64,000 nt of DNA from an uncultured bacterium (GTDB taxonomy: Bacteria; Babelota; Babeliae; Babelales; Babelaceae), in assembly GCA_963824495.1 (NCBI GenBank), contig CAWGPQ010000008.1:32001-96000 (forward strand). The letters run 5' to 3'. The position numbers and the translations under genes are program-made. This document shows, one piece after another, positions 30,601-40,214 of this stretch. Position 1 is the stretch's first letter. Every line of letters begins with the position of its first letter. The notes beneath the pieces are model-generated. The model made no database searches. It was not told the DNA's origin and saw only the letters and a program-made list of their open reading frames with translations.

Positions 30601-31074
30601 CTCGAGCCATCGCTCAGCCTCTTGTGTATTATTGTGCATGAGCAGCTGAGGTATATGCCCACCTAAACAAGCGCTTGTTACGATAAGCCCTTCGGCGTGA
30701 GCTTCAAGCATACGGTAATCGATACGAGGCTTAAAATAAAAGCCGTCAGTATAAGCAAATGCAATAAGCTTGCATAAGTTTTTATAGCCTTGTGCGTTTT
30801 CTACCAAGATAATCAGGTGATAATATTTATTCTCAGCATCTTTAACACGCGCATCTTCAGTAAGATATGCTTCCATACCCAGCACAGGCTTAATACCCGC
30901 TTTTTTTGCTTGCTGAAAAAACTTAACAGCACCGAATATATTACCATGATCAGTGATAGCAAGTGCTTTCATCTGATGCTGCTTGCCAAAAGCAATTAAG
31001 CGATCAAGCGTAATCGCTCCGTCGAGTAACGAAAAGTCAGTATGTAAATGTAAGTTAGTAAAATGCTGTGACAT
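27646..31074 (-). CDS. dnaE: DNA polymerase III alpha subunit
   Basis: LHLHTDFSLLDG PHP domain, GPGRGSAAGS, MPDIDIDF and YGFNKSH motifs; ATG at 31074 (ORF track 31095). Confidence 0.98.
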   Translation of the reverse strand: MSQHFTNLHLHTDFSLLDGAITLDRLIAFGKQHQMKALAITDHGNIFGAVKFFQQAKKAGIKPVLGMEAYLTEDARVKDAENKYYHLIILVENAQGYKNLCKLIAFAYTDGFYFKPRIDYRMLEAHAEGLIVTSACLGGHIPQLLMHNNTQEAERWLEWYLRVFGRERFYLEVQPPDQADQKILNEKLFALSEHKNIKCVATGDSHYVNPEDREAHEVMLSIQTHHKLTDPDRFTFGNCRVHIRTAEEMLEIFKDHPDAVWTSGEIADRCNFQFETGKLFFPQFDIPQGCTHESYFAELCQQGLDKLLQAGRIDSKLEHSYRDRLKLEIELIIKMGFIGYFLVVGDFIQWARNNRIPVGPGRGSAAGSLVAWALQITDIDPLKYNLLFERFLNPERISMPDIDIDFCIEGRDKVIQYVRQRYGHDKVCQIITFGTMMAKGVIKDVARVLGFPFEDSNALTDLIPDQLKITLKEALEQEPKLKELITNNPQVGKLFDLALRLEGITRHASKHAAGIVISPEPISDMLPVYVPPKSTDLVTQYAMTELESLGFLKMDFLGLKNLTLIQRSVDLMAKNHGVVIDITMLPLDDAITFALLGRGDTSGVFQLESDGLKEVLRRLQPSTFEDIIAVNALYRPGPLGSGMVDDFIERRHGRQKISYLLPELESVLQETYGVIVYQEQVMKIASLIAGYSLGESDILRRAMGKKKADVMAEQKALFVERACTRNFNEKKAGELFDLMAYFAGYGFNKSHSAAYALIAYQTAYLKANYPAEFMACLISLEAADAEKMAFYIKEAKDMRLTVLPPDINLSDVIFSVVNGNLRFGLHGIKNVGTAALDDILQEREKNGVFTDLLGFCSRVDLRTCNKRVIESLIYAGALDQLPGNRAQKHDELSKIMDRALEKKRAALTGQMGLFELSQESDGKQPEERYYFAERAEWPPNLRLEKEKEVIGLYISEQPLDTYTRYFAWLNITSLREAASVTGLVICCGIVKQSKIITTKKGDKMAFMAIEDSTSKAEVIIFPKVLSSLGTLLDEHTIFLIKGFVDPESAALCKIKAQELIPIDHVIREGRGIASISLQLPETITDQALHDIKNALKGGPSSFFLLFSEHNKKLKLSSRTKIAFTPELVQAVERYALTMRLEL

Positions 31075-31293
31075 GAAAATCCGGTAATTGCTCAAATAGA
31101 GTGAAAGTTCTTACGGTAATGTTACGTTTAGTATAGCACAAAAATGTACTCGAGATTGCTTATACACGCACGTCCGCCAGGACATCAAATAAATTTTATT
31201 TTTCTTTTTATCGACAAATAAAATTATACTTGTTAAGCTTACATTATTAGTGTTGCCATTGAATAATATAATTTATAATAAGGCGTATGTTTT

Positions 31294-31965
31294 ATGCATT
31301 CAAATCGAACAACTACTCTACGCACTATATACACCACTCAACAAGCTCTGACTATGACAACAGGAATAGTACTCTTTACATTGAGTTCGTACGGGCAAAG
31401 TTCAGTTTCTGAGGCTCAATATGAGCAATGGAAAAAAGATAAGCAAGAGAGATGGCATACCCATGCTATCACGAATGCTTTAAAACAGCAGGAAGATTTG
31501 CTGCTTGATGTATCTTATGGCCTTGAGCGCTCTAAAAGTATTCTAGGCTTTACTGAAGCAATTTGTGCCTATAATTACCTACGAGAACTACACACCAAAG
31601 ACCCTCTGCTTCCTCAAGTGGCTACAACCGTACGTTCTATCGATACAGATTGGTTGAGCAGAGTTGATTATCTTATATGGCAAGACCTCAAGCAAGAATA
31701 TTGGAAATATAAAGATATTACTACTTTCTCGAAGAAACAGCTTAATTTAATATTTGACATACTAACTGCCCAACGCTTTTTGCAAGAAGATCCAAAAAAT
31801 AGCACGCAACAAAGAAATATTCTTTACGCTTATAATTTCTTACGTGAACTCTTTGGTCTATCTACCAGCACTTGCTTTTCTGCTCTTGATGCAACCTGGC
31901 TTCAAGCCGTATACAAAAAACTTGCTTATCGTGCTCTTATTAGAAGAATACTACAACCCGTTTAA
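31294..31965 (+). CDS. Hypothetical secreted protein with two YNxLREL...LDxxWL repeats
   Basis: Internal repeat AYNYLREL...SIDTDWL / AYNFLREL...ALDATWL; same motif in 36554-37189. Confidence 0.65.
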   Translation: MHSNRTTTLRTIYTTQQALTMTTGIVLFTLSSYGQSSVSEAQYEQWKKDKQERWHTHAITNALKQQEDLLLDVSYGLERSKSILGFTEAICAYNYLRELHTKDPLLPQVATTVRSIDTDWLSRVDYLIWQDLKQEYWKYKDITTFSKKQLNLIFDILTAQRFLQEDPKNSTQQRNILYAYNFLRELFGLSTSTCFSALDATWLQAVYKKLAYRALIRRILQPV

Positions 31966-32215
31966 GGTAACACAGCCTATAACACCTGCCGTTAAGCCAA
32001 CATCTTAAGAACAAAAGTAACTAGTAAAAGTTTTTAACACCGTGTGACCCTGAGTATACCATAATTCAGAATGCTCGAGACAGCTTATACCCTGGTATTG
32101 CCTAATTATTAAAATTTTCTTAATTTTAAACATTTATTGACAATTGTAAGTAAAAATCAATAATCTATTAAATATAATAGTTTATTAATAATATTAATAT
32201 TAGAAATCATAGACT

Positions 32216-34873
32216 ATGATCATAATATTCCACCGTGCTTATAAGCTCATTGTGCTTATGACATGCGCAATCATACTTATGAGTGAGATATCAAGTTTTG
32301 CTGTTATGGTACCTGTTGGCAAGGGAGCCTATACAACTGAGCTTCCTCAAGGCCGACAAGGACCATCTAATAGTGCTAATCAGCCGGTAAAACCAAAGGT
32401 TTCTTCTCAGTTTAACAAACTGCCTATTACGCATAAGTGGTGGTCATCACTTATCTGGCAATTTGATCCACAAAACCCTTGGAGTGAAAATCTCTTTGCT
32501 TATCCCCTTGGTTTTAAGGCATCTGCTCAAGGCGTAGGACTTGGTTATACTACCGTTCCAGCCATAACTCCTGATATACGTGTTACCGATGGGCATGTCG
32601 TCCAAGAATACCACTATGAGTATGCACAAGATCTCACGGTTTCTGTTGTGGGATTACAGGCGCAAAAAACGGTTGTTGATGATTATTCAGATTGGGCCTT
32701 CACTGCACTTTGGCAAGGACAAACAACAAGCTTGCGCATGACCACTGGCCAAGGGTTGCCTTTTGCTTATTTTACTGTACAAGGCACGCCGATTACTATT
32801 ACCCCGAGCACTACCCCTATTGTATGGTATAACAAAAACGGTACGCTTGGTGTTACCGTTAATGGTCATACTTACGGAATTTTTGGGCCATCGGGCTCAC
32901 AATGGTCGGGTACAACGGCATTAGAGTCAACACTCAATGGTAAAGATTATTTTTCTATTGCTGCTTTGCCTGATGCTACCGTTGAAACACTCGAGTTCTA
33001 TCGTACACATGCTTATGCTTTCGTTACCAATACGAGCATAAGCTGGAATTATGACGAGCAGACGGGGCAGCTTCAAACTACCTATAGCGTAGAGACAACA
33101 CCTCAGGAGTCAGGGTCAGGCTTAGTTAACCGTCCCTTACTTGGCCTCTTTAAGCATCAATGGCTTCATACGACTGTGCCATTTACTTCTTATAGATATA
33201 TTAGCCCTCGCGGTGTGATGCATGTTATCGATGCAACAGAGTTTACAACAACTATGAAGTTTGCTGGTATCCTCCCTGCATTGCCAGGCGTTATACATGA
33301 AGGCGAAAATGGTTATAGTGAAGAAACACTTTTTGAGTATATCGATCAAATCTATCAACAGTCACCTGAACAACGTTGGCCACATACTGATACCTATTGG
33401 ACAGGTAAAGACCTAGGGCATATAGCTATGCTTGTCCCAATAGCAGACCAACTTAAGTATACGCAAGCACGGGATCTGTTTCTTCGGGAAATTAAAGAAA
33501 AACTTGAGAGCTGGTTTAAGGGAGATCCTGAGCACCTGTTCTACTATGACACTACCTGGAAGACTCTTATAGGATATCCAGCAAGCTATGGAAGCGATAC
33601 ACAGCTTAATGACCATCATTTTCATTATGGCTACTTCATTATGGCAGCTGCTATAGTTGCCCTCTATGATCCAACATGGGCGGACGCATGGGGTGGCATG
33701 GTTAACTTACTGATCTCAGATGCTAACAATCCTGACAGAACAAATAAGCAGTTTCCCTTTTTGCGTCAATTTAACGTATATGCTGGTCATAATTGGGCAA
33801 ATGGTCCAAGCTTATTTGCGGCAGGAAATAATCAAGAATCATCATCAGAAGCACTCAACTTTGCTAGTGCCGTTATACTGTGGGGTACTGCTACCGGCAA
33901 CATGCTTATGCGTGATGCTGGTATTTATTTGTATACTACTGAACGAACTGCTGTTGAAAATTATTGGTTTGATATCGATACAGCTGTCTTTCCTGCTGGA
34001 TTTACCAAGCCAACGTTAGGAATACTATGGGGCAATGGTGGTGCCTACTCAACGTGGTTTGGCGGTACTGTTGAGCAACTTCATGGTATAAATTTTCTTC
34101 CTATTACGGGTGGCTCTCTCTATCTCGGTTATTATCCAGACTATTTACGTATTAACCAAAATTATATGAAAAATAATAGCGATGCTAATGACGTATGGAA
34201 AGATATTAATGCCAGCATCATGGCATATCATGACCCCAAAGCTGCTATAGAAACTATCACAAGCCCGTATACCCCTGAAGACGGTGAAACAAAAGCTCAT
34301 ACCTATCATTGGGTATATAATATAAGCAAACTAGGTAAACCTGAGACAGCCACCTATGCTCTAGGTTTAGCAACTGCTACAACGTTCTTGAACGGGACTA
34401 CCCGAACGTACGTAGCCTTTAACCCAACGCCAAAGCCATTAACTGTTGTATTCTCCGATGGAGTTATGTTGCGCAATATCCAGCCACACACAACTCAAAC
34501 TGAAACTCGAGCGATTACGGGCGCAATTGCTCTGCCTCAGGTTCCACTTAACCCACAAGATACCAGCCGTGTTTTTGGCAAGCAGTTGGAAGCAGAAGCA
34601 CAAGCGGCACAATTTAAACACTCAGTACAACAAGTGAGTCCAAGCACATTGAGAATTACTTTTACACCTGCTATTCCAAGCAAATTTGTTGATATTCACT
34701 ACACTATTAATAAAGGCGGCCAACTTAACTATCGCATGAACCAAAAGGCACATGACTGGACTATCACCGTGCCTAATATACAACCTAGCAATATAATTAA
34801 TTATTCATTTACGTATGAAAAAAATGGCCCAGCATTTAATAGTCCACTATTTACGTTCACAGCAGCTGCTTAA
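32216..34873 (+). CDS. Secreted GH81 endo-beta-1,3-glucanase with C-terminal CBM56-like domain
   Basis: THKWWSS, LNDHHFHYGYF, NQESSSEA and HGINFLP GH81 motifs; C-terminal VDIHYTIN.GGQLNYRM...YSFTYEKNG; signal peptide. Confidence 0.88.
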   Translation: MIIIFHRAYKLIVLMTCAIILMSEISSFAVMVPVGKGAYTTELPQGRQGPSNSANQPVKPKVSSQFNKLPITHKWWSSLIWQFDPQNPWSENLFAYPLGFKASAQGVGLGYTTVPAITPDIRVTDGHVVQEYHYEYAQDLTVSVVGLQAQKTVVDDYSDWAFTALWQGQTTSLRMTTGQGLPFAYFTVQGTPITITPSTTPIVWYNKNGTLGVTVNGHTYGIFGPSGSQWSGTTALESTLNGKDYFSIAALPDATVETLEFYRTHAYAFVTNTSISWNYDEQTGQLQTTYSVETTPQESGSGLVNRPLLGLFKHQWLHTTVPFTSYRYISPRGVMHVIDATEFTTTMKFAGILPALPGVIHEGENGYSEETLFEYIDQIYQQSPEQRWPHTDTYWTGKDLGHIAMLVPIADQLKYTQARDLFLREIKEKLESWFKGDPEHLFYYDTTWKTLIGYPASYGSDTQLNDHHFHYGYFIMAAAIVALYDPTWADAWGGMVNLLISDANNPDRTNKQFPFLRQFNVYAGHNWANGPSLFAAGNNQESSSEALNFASAVILWGTATGNMLMRDAGIYLYTTERTAVENYWFDIDTAVFPAGFTKPTLGILWGNGGAYSTWFGGTVEQLHGINFLPITGGSLYLGYYPDYLRINQNYMKNNSDANDVWKDINASIMAYHDPKAAIETITSPYTPEDGETKAHTYHWVYNISKLGKPETATYALGLATATTFLNGTTRTYVAFNPTPKPLTVVFSDGVMLRNIQPHTTQTETRAITGAIALPQVPLNPQDTSRVFGKQLEAEAQAAQFKHSVQQVSPSTLRITFTPAIPSKFVDIHYTINKGGQLNYRMNQKAHDWTITVPNIQPSNIINYSFTYEKNGPAFNSPLFTFTAAA

Positions 34874-35876
34874 ACCACCTAATGGCGTGGCGAAAGCTTC
34901 AGCGCTACTAGTGCCTGCCACTCTTGCACTTGAAAGCTTGCTAGAAAACTTATACATGGGATATAAAAGGGGAGATATAAAAAGCGAACTCGTGCTTGGC
35001 TCATTGGCGCTGGCTGTTTTAGAAAAGATTATCCTTGACTACGGTCTGCCAGCCTTCAAGAGACCACAGGAGAAAGAAGCAGACCTCTTTGCTTGTGATC
35101 AATTGATCAAGATTCGCCGAGAAGATCTGGTTGTTCGCCAGATAGCATCGGACCTTCTGAGCAACAACCGGTCACATGTTGAATTACAAGGGCCGTGGGC
35201 GGAAGCTTTGGCAGCAAAGACACACCCAACCCCTCCTGAAGAGGCTCGCTATCTTATACAGTGTCTTAAAGAAAAAGGCTTTAAAGGAGCACTTACTCCC
35301 AAGTATAAGCACGTACTTACAAGATCGTTAGCCCTTGCTAAGCACAATACTATTGATGAAATCAGTAACGATATTCTTGCCAAACAACCGAGCATTGCAA
35401 AAGTATACAGTATAAGCGAGTCACTGATTATTGCAGCACATGATGGTGACGAAGAAGCCGTTAAAGAGGCTCTTACTCAAGATGCTGATGTTAACCATGC
35501 CGATAAGAGTGGCTATACCGCACTTTTATGGGCAACCATAATGAATCATATACCTATAGTCAAGCTGCTTCTGGAATATAAAGCTCATGTTAACCAGCCT
35601 GATAAGTTTGGCATTACCCCCCTCATGAAGGCAGCTCGTTATGGGCACACCTCAATAGCTCAACTTCTCATAGAGCATAAAGCTGACGTTAACCAGACTG
35701 ATTTTGAGAATGGACACAAAGATATAGTCAGGCTGCTTCTAGGGTATGGTGCTGACGTTAATGAAGCTAATAATGAGGGTGAAACTGCTCTTACATTAGC
35801 AACTAAATCTGGTCATTCTGATATAGTCGAGTTGCTTCAAGCAGCATTGACACTCACCAGCTTAAAAAGCAGGTGA
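34815..35876 (+). pseudogene. 5'-truncated M48-peptidase-like remnant fused to ankyrin repeats
   Basis: R.QEKEAD and KTHP motifs without HExxH, then ankyrin repeats (one internally deleted); ORF start overlaps the GH81 end. Confidence 0.55.
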
Positions 35877-36087
35877 TTCTTGTTTCAGCAATATAGCCTA
35901 CGAGAAAGATGCTTGGTTTTTGCATACTGTTACTCTCTTGCATAGTACCTCGCAGGCCTCACATTGTCTTGTCTCCATAAGCTTTACTTTGGGAATGCCC
36001 TATTTTTAAATTTAAACAAGCAAAATAAAAGAGTAGATATGCAAAAGCAGGTCACGAATACTATCATACTATCGTAACCGATAACGA

Positions 36088-36499
36088 TTAGGCACCATGG
36101 GAAAACTGATTTAAAACAAGAAGCGCATCATTGAGCTTTTCTTCTTTCACCAAAATATAATTAGTATCATACGTAGATATAACAAATACCGGAATCGCCG
36201 ATTCGGCCAATGGACCAAGAATTGTAGATAATATACCCGTTAAAGAAAAAGCAAGCGGGCCATTTACTTTTATAGCACGCCAGCTTTTTTCCACAGGTAT
36301 AGTGTCAGGTATGGTATGAGGTATAGCATCCTGAGCACAAACAATAGAAAGCTCGTCGTGCGTTTTGGTTATAGAGAAAAAGAGAAGGGCACAAAGCCCA
36401 TGATGGCACTTCAGCAGCACTAGCAAGTCGACAGATGCCAAAAGTATCGGGTAATAACGAAAAAGTTAATTTACCACGAGATAGCCTAGGATTCATCAA
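36088..36499 (-). pseudogene. ACT-domain protein (ACT_3/ACT_7 type), frameshifted near 36375-36390
   Basis: N-part (FGICRL...VPSWA) and C-part (FFSITKTHDELSIVC...GPLAFSLTGIL...ISTYDT.YILV) lie in different frames. Confidence 0.8.
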
Positions 36500-36553
36500 A
36501 ATTTCTCACAACAAGTTTAAAGCGGTTATTAAAGAGAGTACTACAAATTAAGG

Positions 36554-37189
36554 CTAAACGCTAGAAAGTACCCGTTTAATTTCTGCTAATTCATGTGCTG
36601 TAATCGGACCTGGACCAAGCGCAGGTTGCCCAAGTGGTTCAGCTCTGATGGAAGAAATTAGCGTACCGCTCAGAAGTACCGATAAAACTATAACTTCAGC
36701 GAGAGTGAGCTTGGCTGCCCAAAACCGCCCTTCTTCCGATACAAGAATTGCCCGAAGCTTCGCCCTGAGCTGCTCATCTGACTCACTTCTGTATTCGGTT
36801 TGTTCAGGTAATATAAGCTCAAGCAATCCGTTCAGTGCTCTATTAACCAAAATCTGTGACTCAATCCATGTCTCTGGTTTTAACTGAATAGCTTCACTCG
36901 TGGGAACTATAATACCATGAAATACAAGTGGAGAAACAGTATAATTAAGTACATAGGCAAGATATTCTGCTGCATACTGTACATAATCACCTAGCTTCTC
37001 TGGAATACCCTTTAGGCTAGTACGCACAGTATCAAGCCATTTTTGATCAAGCGATGATAAAGATGTAACGGTAGGTAGACTCGCAAGCTCTCTTAATGCA
37101 TTATAAGAATAAAGTGCTTGCTTTTGATAGTATGTATGCGAAGGAACTTTTTGCAACAGCTTAAGGGCATTATCAAGGTCCTGAAGCAA
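36554..37189 (-). CDS. Hypothetical protein with YNxLREL motif and C-terminal hydrophobic helix; 5' end possibly degraded
   Basis: YSYNALRELASLP...SLDQKWLDTV; weak TTG start. Confidence 0.55.
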   Translation of the reverse strand: MLQDLDNALKLLQKVPSHTYYQKQALYSYNALRELASLPTVTSLSSLDQKWLDTVRTSLKGIPEKLGDYVQYAAEYLAYVLNYTVSPLVFHGIIVPTSEAIQLKPETWIESQILVNRALNGLLELILPEQTEYRSESDEQLRAKLRAILVSEEGRFWAAKLTLAEVIVLSVLLSGTLISSIRAEPLGQPALGPGPITAHELAEIKRVLSSV

Positions 37190-37351
37190 GCTTGCTTGAC
37201 CCTCTGCAAGAGTAGCCAGAGCATTTTGGTTAGGTTCATAGTCTTTAGGGTCATCCTATGCTATACATTAGTCAATATGCTTTATAGAAATTAGTGTAAA
37301 TTTTTTATTATATATTTGTCAATATTCAATATCGGAAATTTTTCTGCTCTA

Positions 37352-38248
37352 TTAAACGATATTCTGAGCTTGCTCGCGTACCTTCTCGAGCTCAACTTTA
37401 ATAGCGATAGCTAAACTGCTGATTTCTGCATCACGTGATTTAGCCATCATAGTATTAACCTCTCTAAATAGCTCCTGTAGGAAAAAATCGAGTTTCTTCC
37501 CCTTCTCTTCCCGAGAAGAGACTATTACCTGCTCAAGCTTATGTAAGTGGTCTTTAAAACGTATAATTTCTTCGTGAATAACCATCTTATCAAGCTGATT
37601 ATAAATTACCTGAAGTTGTTGTTCTTTTGCTTCAGTTTGTGTATCGTGGAGAAATGATGAAAGAGTGCCCATAAGCTGCTCTTTCTGTTCAGCTAAAAGA
37701 TCCGTTGCCCGGGGCTCAATGCGTTCAATGCACATCCGCATAACAGCTATACGCTCTTCAAGGTCACGCTGAAGTGCTTCACCTTCTTTAAGGCGAGCAG
37801 CACTAAGTTCATCAATCAATCTATCAACATGATAGAGAATAAGAGATGCCAGGTGCTCATCGGCAAGCTCTTCAGCTGTCTCGAAAACATGAGGCAGATT
37901 AAATAATGTAGCAAGAGAAAGTTTACCTGGCAGATTAAATTTTTGCCGGATAAGCTCGGAAGCTTTGATATAACTTTCGATAACGGGCAATGACGGCCGA
38001 ACCTGCGCTTTTAGTACTTGAGGGTTACCGATATGAAGCGTACAGTGAATAGAACCCCGATAAAGCTTTGCTTTACATCTCTTAATAATCTCTATTTCAA
38101 GCGAACTCAAGGCATACGGCAGTTTACAGACAGCTTCAAAAAAGCGAGAGTTGAGCGATCTTAAGCTCAGAGTGATATGGAGCTGCTCAGCTGTTTGGGT
38201 TGGAAGCGCTACCGTTATTGTACTAAAGCCAGTCATGCTCGAAAGCAT
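37352..38248 (-). CDS. yicC: YicC family endoribonuclease
   Basis: SMTGF, SLNSRF, EEIIRF..H and GKKLDFFLQELFREVNT motifs. Confidence 0.93.
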   Translation of the reverse strand: MLSSMTGFSTITVALPTQTAEQLHITLSLRSLNSRFFEAVCKLPYALSSLEIEIIKRCKAKLYRGSIHCTLHIGNPQVLKAQVRPSLPVIESYIKASELIRQKFNLPGKLSLATLFNLPHVFETAEELADEHLASLILYHVDRLIDELSAARLKEGEALQRDLEERIAVMRMCIERIEPRATDLLAEQKEQLMGTLSSFLHDTQTEAKEQQLQVIYNQLDKMVIHEEIIRFKDHLHKLEQVIVSSREEKGKKLDFFLQELFREVNTMMAKSRDAEISSLAIAIKVELEKVREQAQNIV

Positions 38249-38257
38249 ACAACATTC

Positions 38258-38974
38258 TCAGTCAAGGTTAGTGTAAACATTTTGTACATCCTCAAGTTCT
38301 TCGATAGATTGTAAAAAATCGAGTGCTTTTTCTTCAGGCTCACCTGAAAGGGTAAGTGTCGTCTTTGGCACCCACTCAAGCTCAGCTTCTTTTACTTTAA
38401 AACCAAGATCAGTGACAGCTTGCTTTACGTCATCAAAAGAACGAGGATTGCAGGTAATGGCAAACGTTTCGTCTTCTGCTGTAATGTCGTTAATTTCATA
38501 ATCAAGAAGATACTCAAGAAGTTTATCTTCTGTTACATTATCTTTTGCAATAGAGATAACACCAGCTCTTTCAAACATCCAGCTAACAGCTCCTGCTTCT
38601 GCGACATGCCCACCTTTACGCGAAAACGTGTGACGTAATTCAGCAATAGCTTTATTTTTATTATCCGTTAGCACGTCGATAATAACAGCAATACCAGCTG
38701 GTCCATAGCCTTCGTACTGATACGGCTCGTACTGTACACCTGGAAGCTCACCCGTTCCCTTTTTAATAGCACGAATTGCATTATCTTGAGGCATATTAAT
38801 TTCTTTTGCCTTTTCAAGCAAAAATCGTAGACGGGGATTGCCAGCAGGGTCACCTCCGCCGATACGTGCTGCTATAGAGATTTCTTTAATAATCTTAGTG
38901 AATTGCTGTGCTCGCTTAGCATCAGTTATTGCTTTTTTATATTTAATCTGCTTCCATTTAGAATGTCCGGCCAT
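38258..38974 (-). CDS. yebC: YebC/PmpR family protein
   Basis: MAGHSKW, YEGYGPAG, TDNKN and DVQNVYTN motifs. Confidence 0.96.
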   Translation of the reverse strand: MAGHSKWKQIKYKKAITDAKRAQQFTKIIKEISIAARIGGGDPAGNPRLRFLLEKAKEINMPQDNAIRAIKKGTGELPGVQYEPYQYEGYGPAGIAVIIDVLTDNKNKAIAELRHTFSRKGGHVAEAGAVSWMFERAGVISIAKDNVTEDKLLEYLLDYEINDITAEDETFAITCNPRSFDDVKQAVTDLGFKVKEAELEWVPKTTLTLSGEPEEKALDFLQSIEELEDVQNVYTNLD

Positions 38975-38977
38975 TCG

Positions 38978-40009
38978 TTATCCTTCAACTACCTGTTGTT
39001 GGCATGCATACTTATTTTTTAAATAGGGTAGCGCTTTGTGAGCAATCTGTCGACCCCTAGCTGTTTTTTCAAGATATCCTTTGCGCAACAGAAAAGGCTC
39101 ATAGACTTCTTCAAGCGTGGAGCTGTCTTCACCAATCAGTGAAGCAAGTGTTTCAAGCCCTACAGGCCCACCCTTAAAATTTTCGACTATAGTTTTTAAA
39201 ATGAGATTATCAACACTACCCAAGCCATCGGCATCAATACCTAAAAAAGCGATAGCACGCCTGACAAGCTCCGTGTCCGCTTTATTGTTATTGTGAACTT
39301 GTGCAAAATCACGCACACGTCGTAAGATTTTTTTGGCAATGCGTGGAGTACCTCGTGAACAAGATGCTATATAAAGTGCTGATTCATGAGGTAACTCTAT
39401 ACCTAAAAAGCGAGCATTTTGTTGAACTATTGCTTGCAAGTCCTCGTCAGTATAAAAATCGAGCCGTTCCGTGATACCAAATCTACTGCGCAACGGAGCT
39501 GATAGCAAACCTGATCTGGTTGTTGCTCCGATAAGCGTAAACGCTGCTATCGGCATATTAATCGATTGAGCTCCAACGCCTTGGCCAATAACAATATCAA
39601 CACGAAAATGCTCCATAGCGCTATACAAAATTTCTTCAACAACAATAGGCAGCCGGTGAATTTCATCAATAAACAACATGTCATGTGGAGTAAGACTCGA
39701 GAGAATAGCTACAAGATCACCTGTTCTTTCAAGCGTTGGGCCACTACAAATCTTAATACCAACCTGCATAACATGTGCCATAATTTGAGCAAGCGTTGTT
39801 TTACCCAACCCCGGTGGCCCTGATAATAAAAGATGATCAAGCGGTTCTCGTCGCACACGCGCAGCATCGGTATACAGCTTAAGTTTTTCTTTTAATTCCT
39901 TTTGACCTAAGTAATCATCGAAGCTTTTAGGGTGAAAGTCACCTATATAATCTTCGTTAGTCTCTGGTAACGTTAATAATTGAATGGGCTCTTTTCTGTC
40001 ATGGCTCAT
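38978..40009 (-). CDS. ruvB: Holliday junction branch migration helicase RuvB
   Basis: GPPGLGKTTLA, FIDEIHRL, GATTR, RGTPR and YEPFL motifs. Confidence 0.97.
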   Translation of the reverse strand: MSHDRKEPIQLLTLPETNEDYIGDFHPKSFDDYLGQKELKEKLKLYTDAARVRREPLDHLLLSGPPGLGKTTLAQIMAHVMQVGIKICSGPTLERTGDLVAILSSLTPHDMLFIDEIHRLPIVVEEILYSAMEHFRVDIVIGQGVGAQSINMPIAAFTLIGATTRSGLLSAPLRSRFGITERLDFYTDEDLQAIVQQNARFLGIELPHESALYIASCSRGTPRIAKKILRRVRDFAQVHNNNKADTELVRRAIAFLGIDADGLGSVDNLILKTIVENFKGGPVGLETLASLIGEDSSTLEEVYEPFLLRKGYLEKTARGRQIAHKALPYLKNKYACQQQVVEG

Positions 40010-40214
40010 AAGTACCCTTTTAAGACAACGGCTTGAGCACAGTGCTATAGACTCATTATAGTAGTATACACCAACTGCTTTTATTAAGCTAAGCGGAGAT
40101 TTCTAACACCTATTCAAAAATATTTTAATTAATATTGCAATTTGACAATGCGCTTTGTTATGATGTATGTAGAGATTGTACTTTAATTATGAAAAATTAT
40201 GTTCGGAGAAAGAG

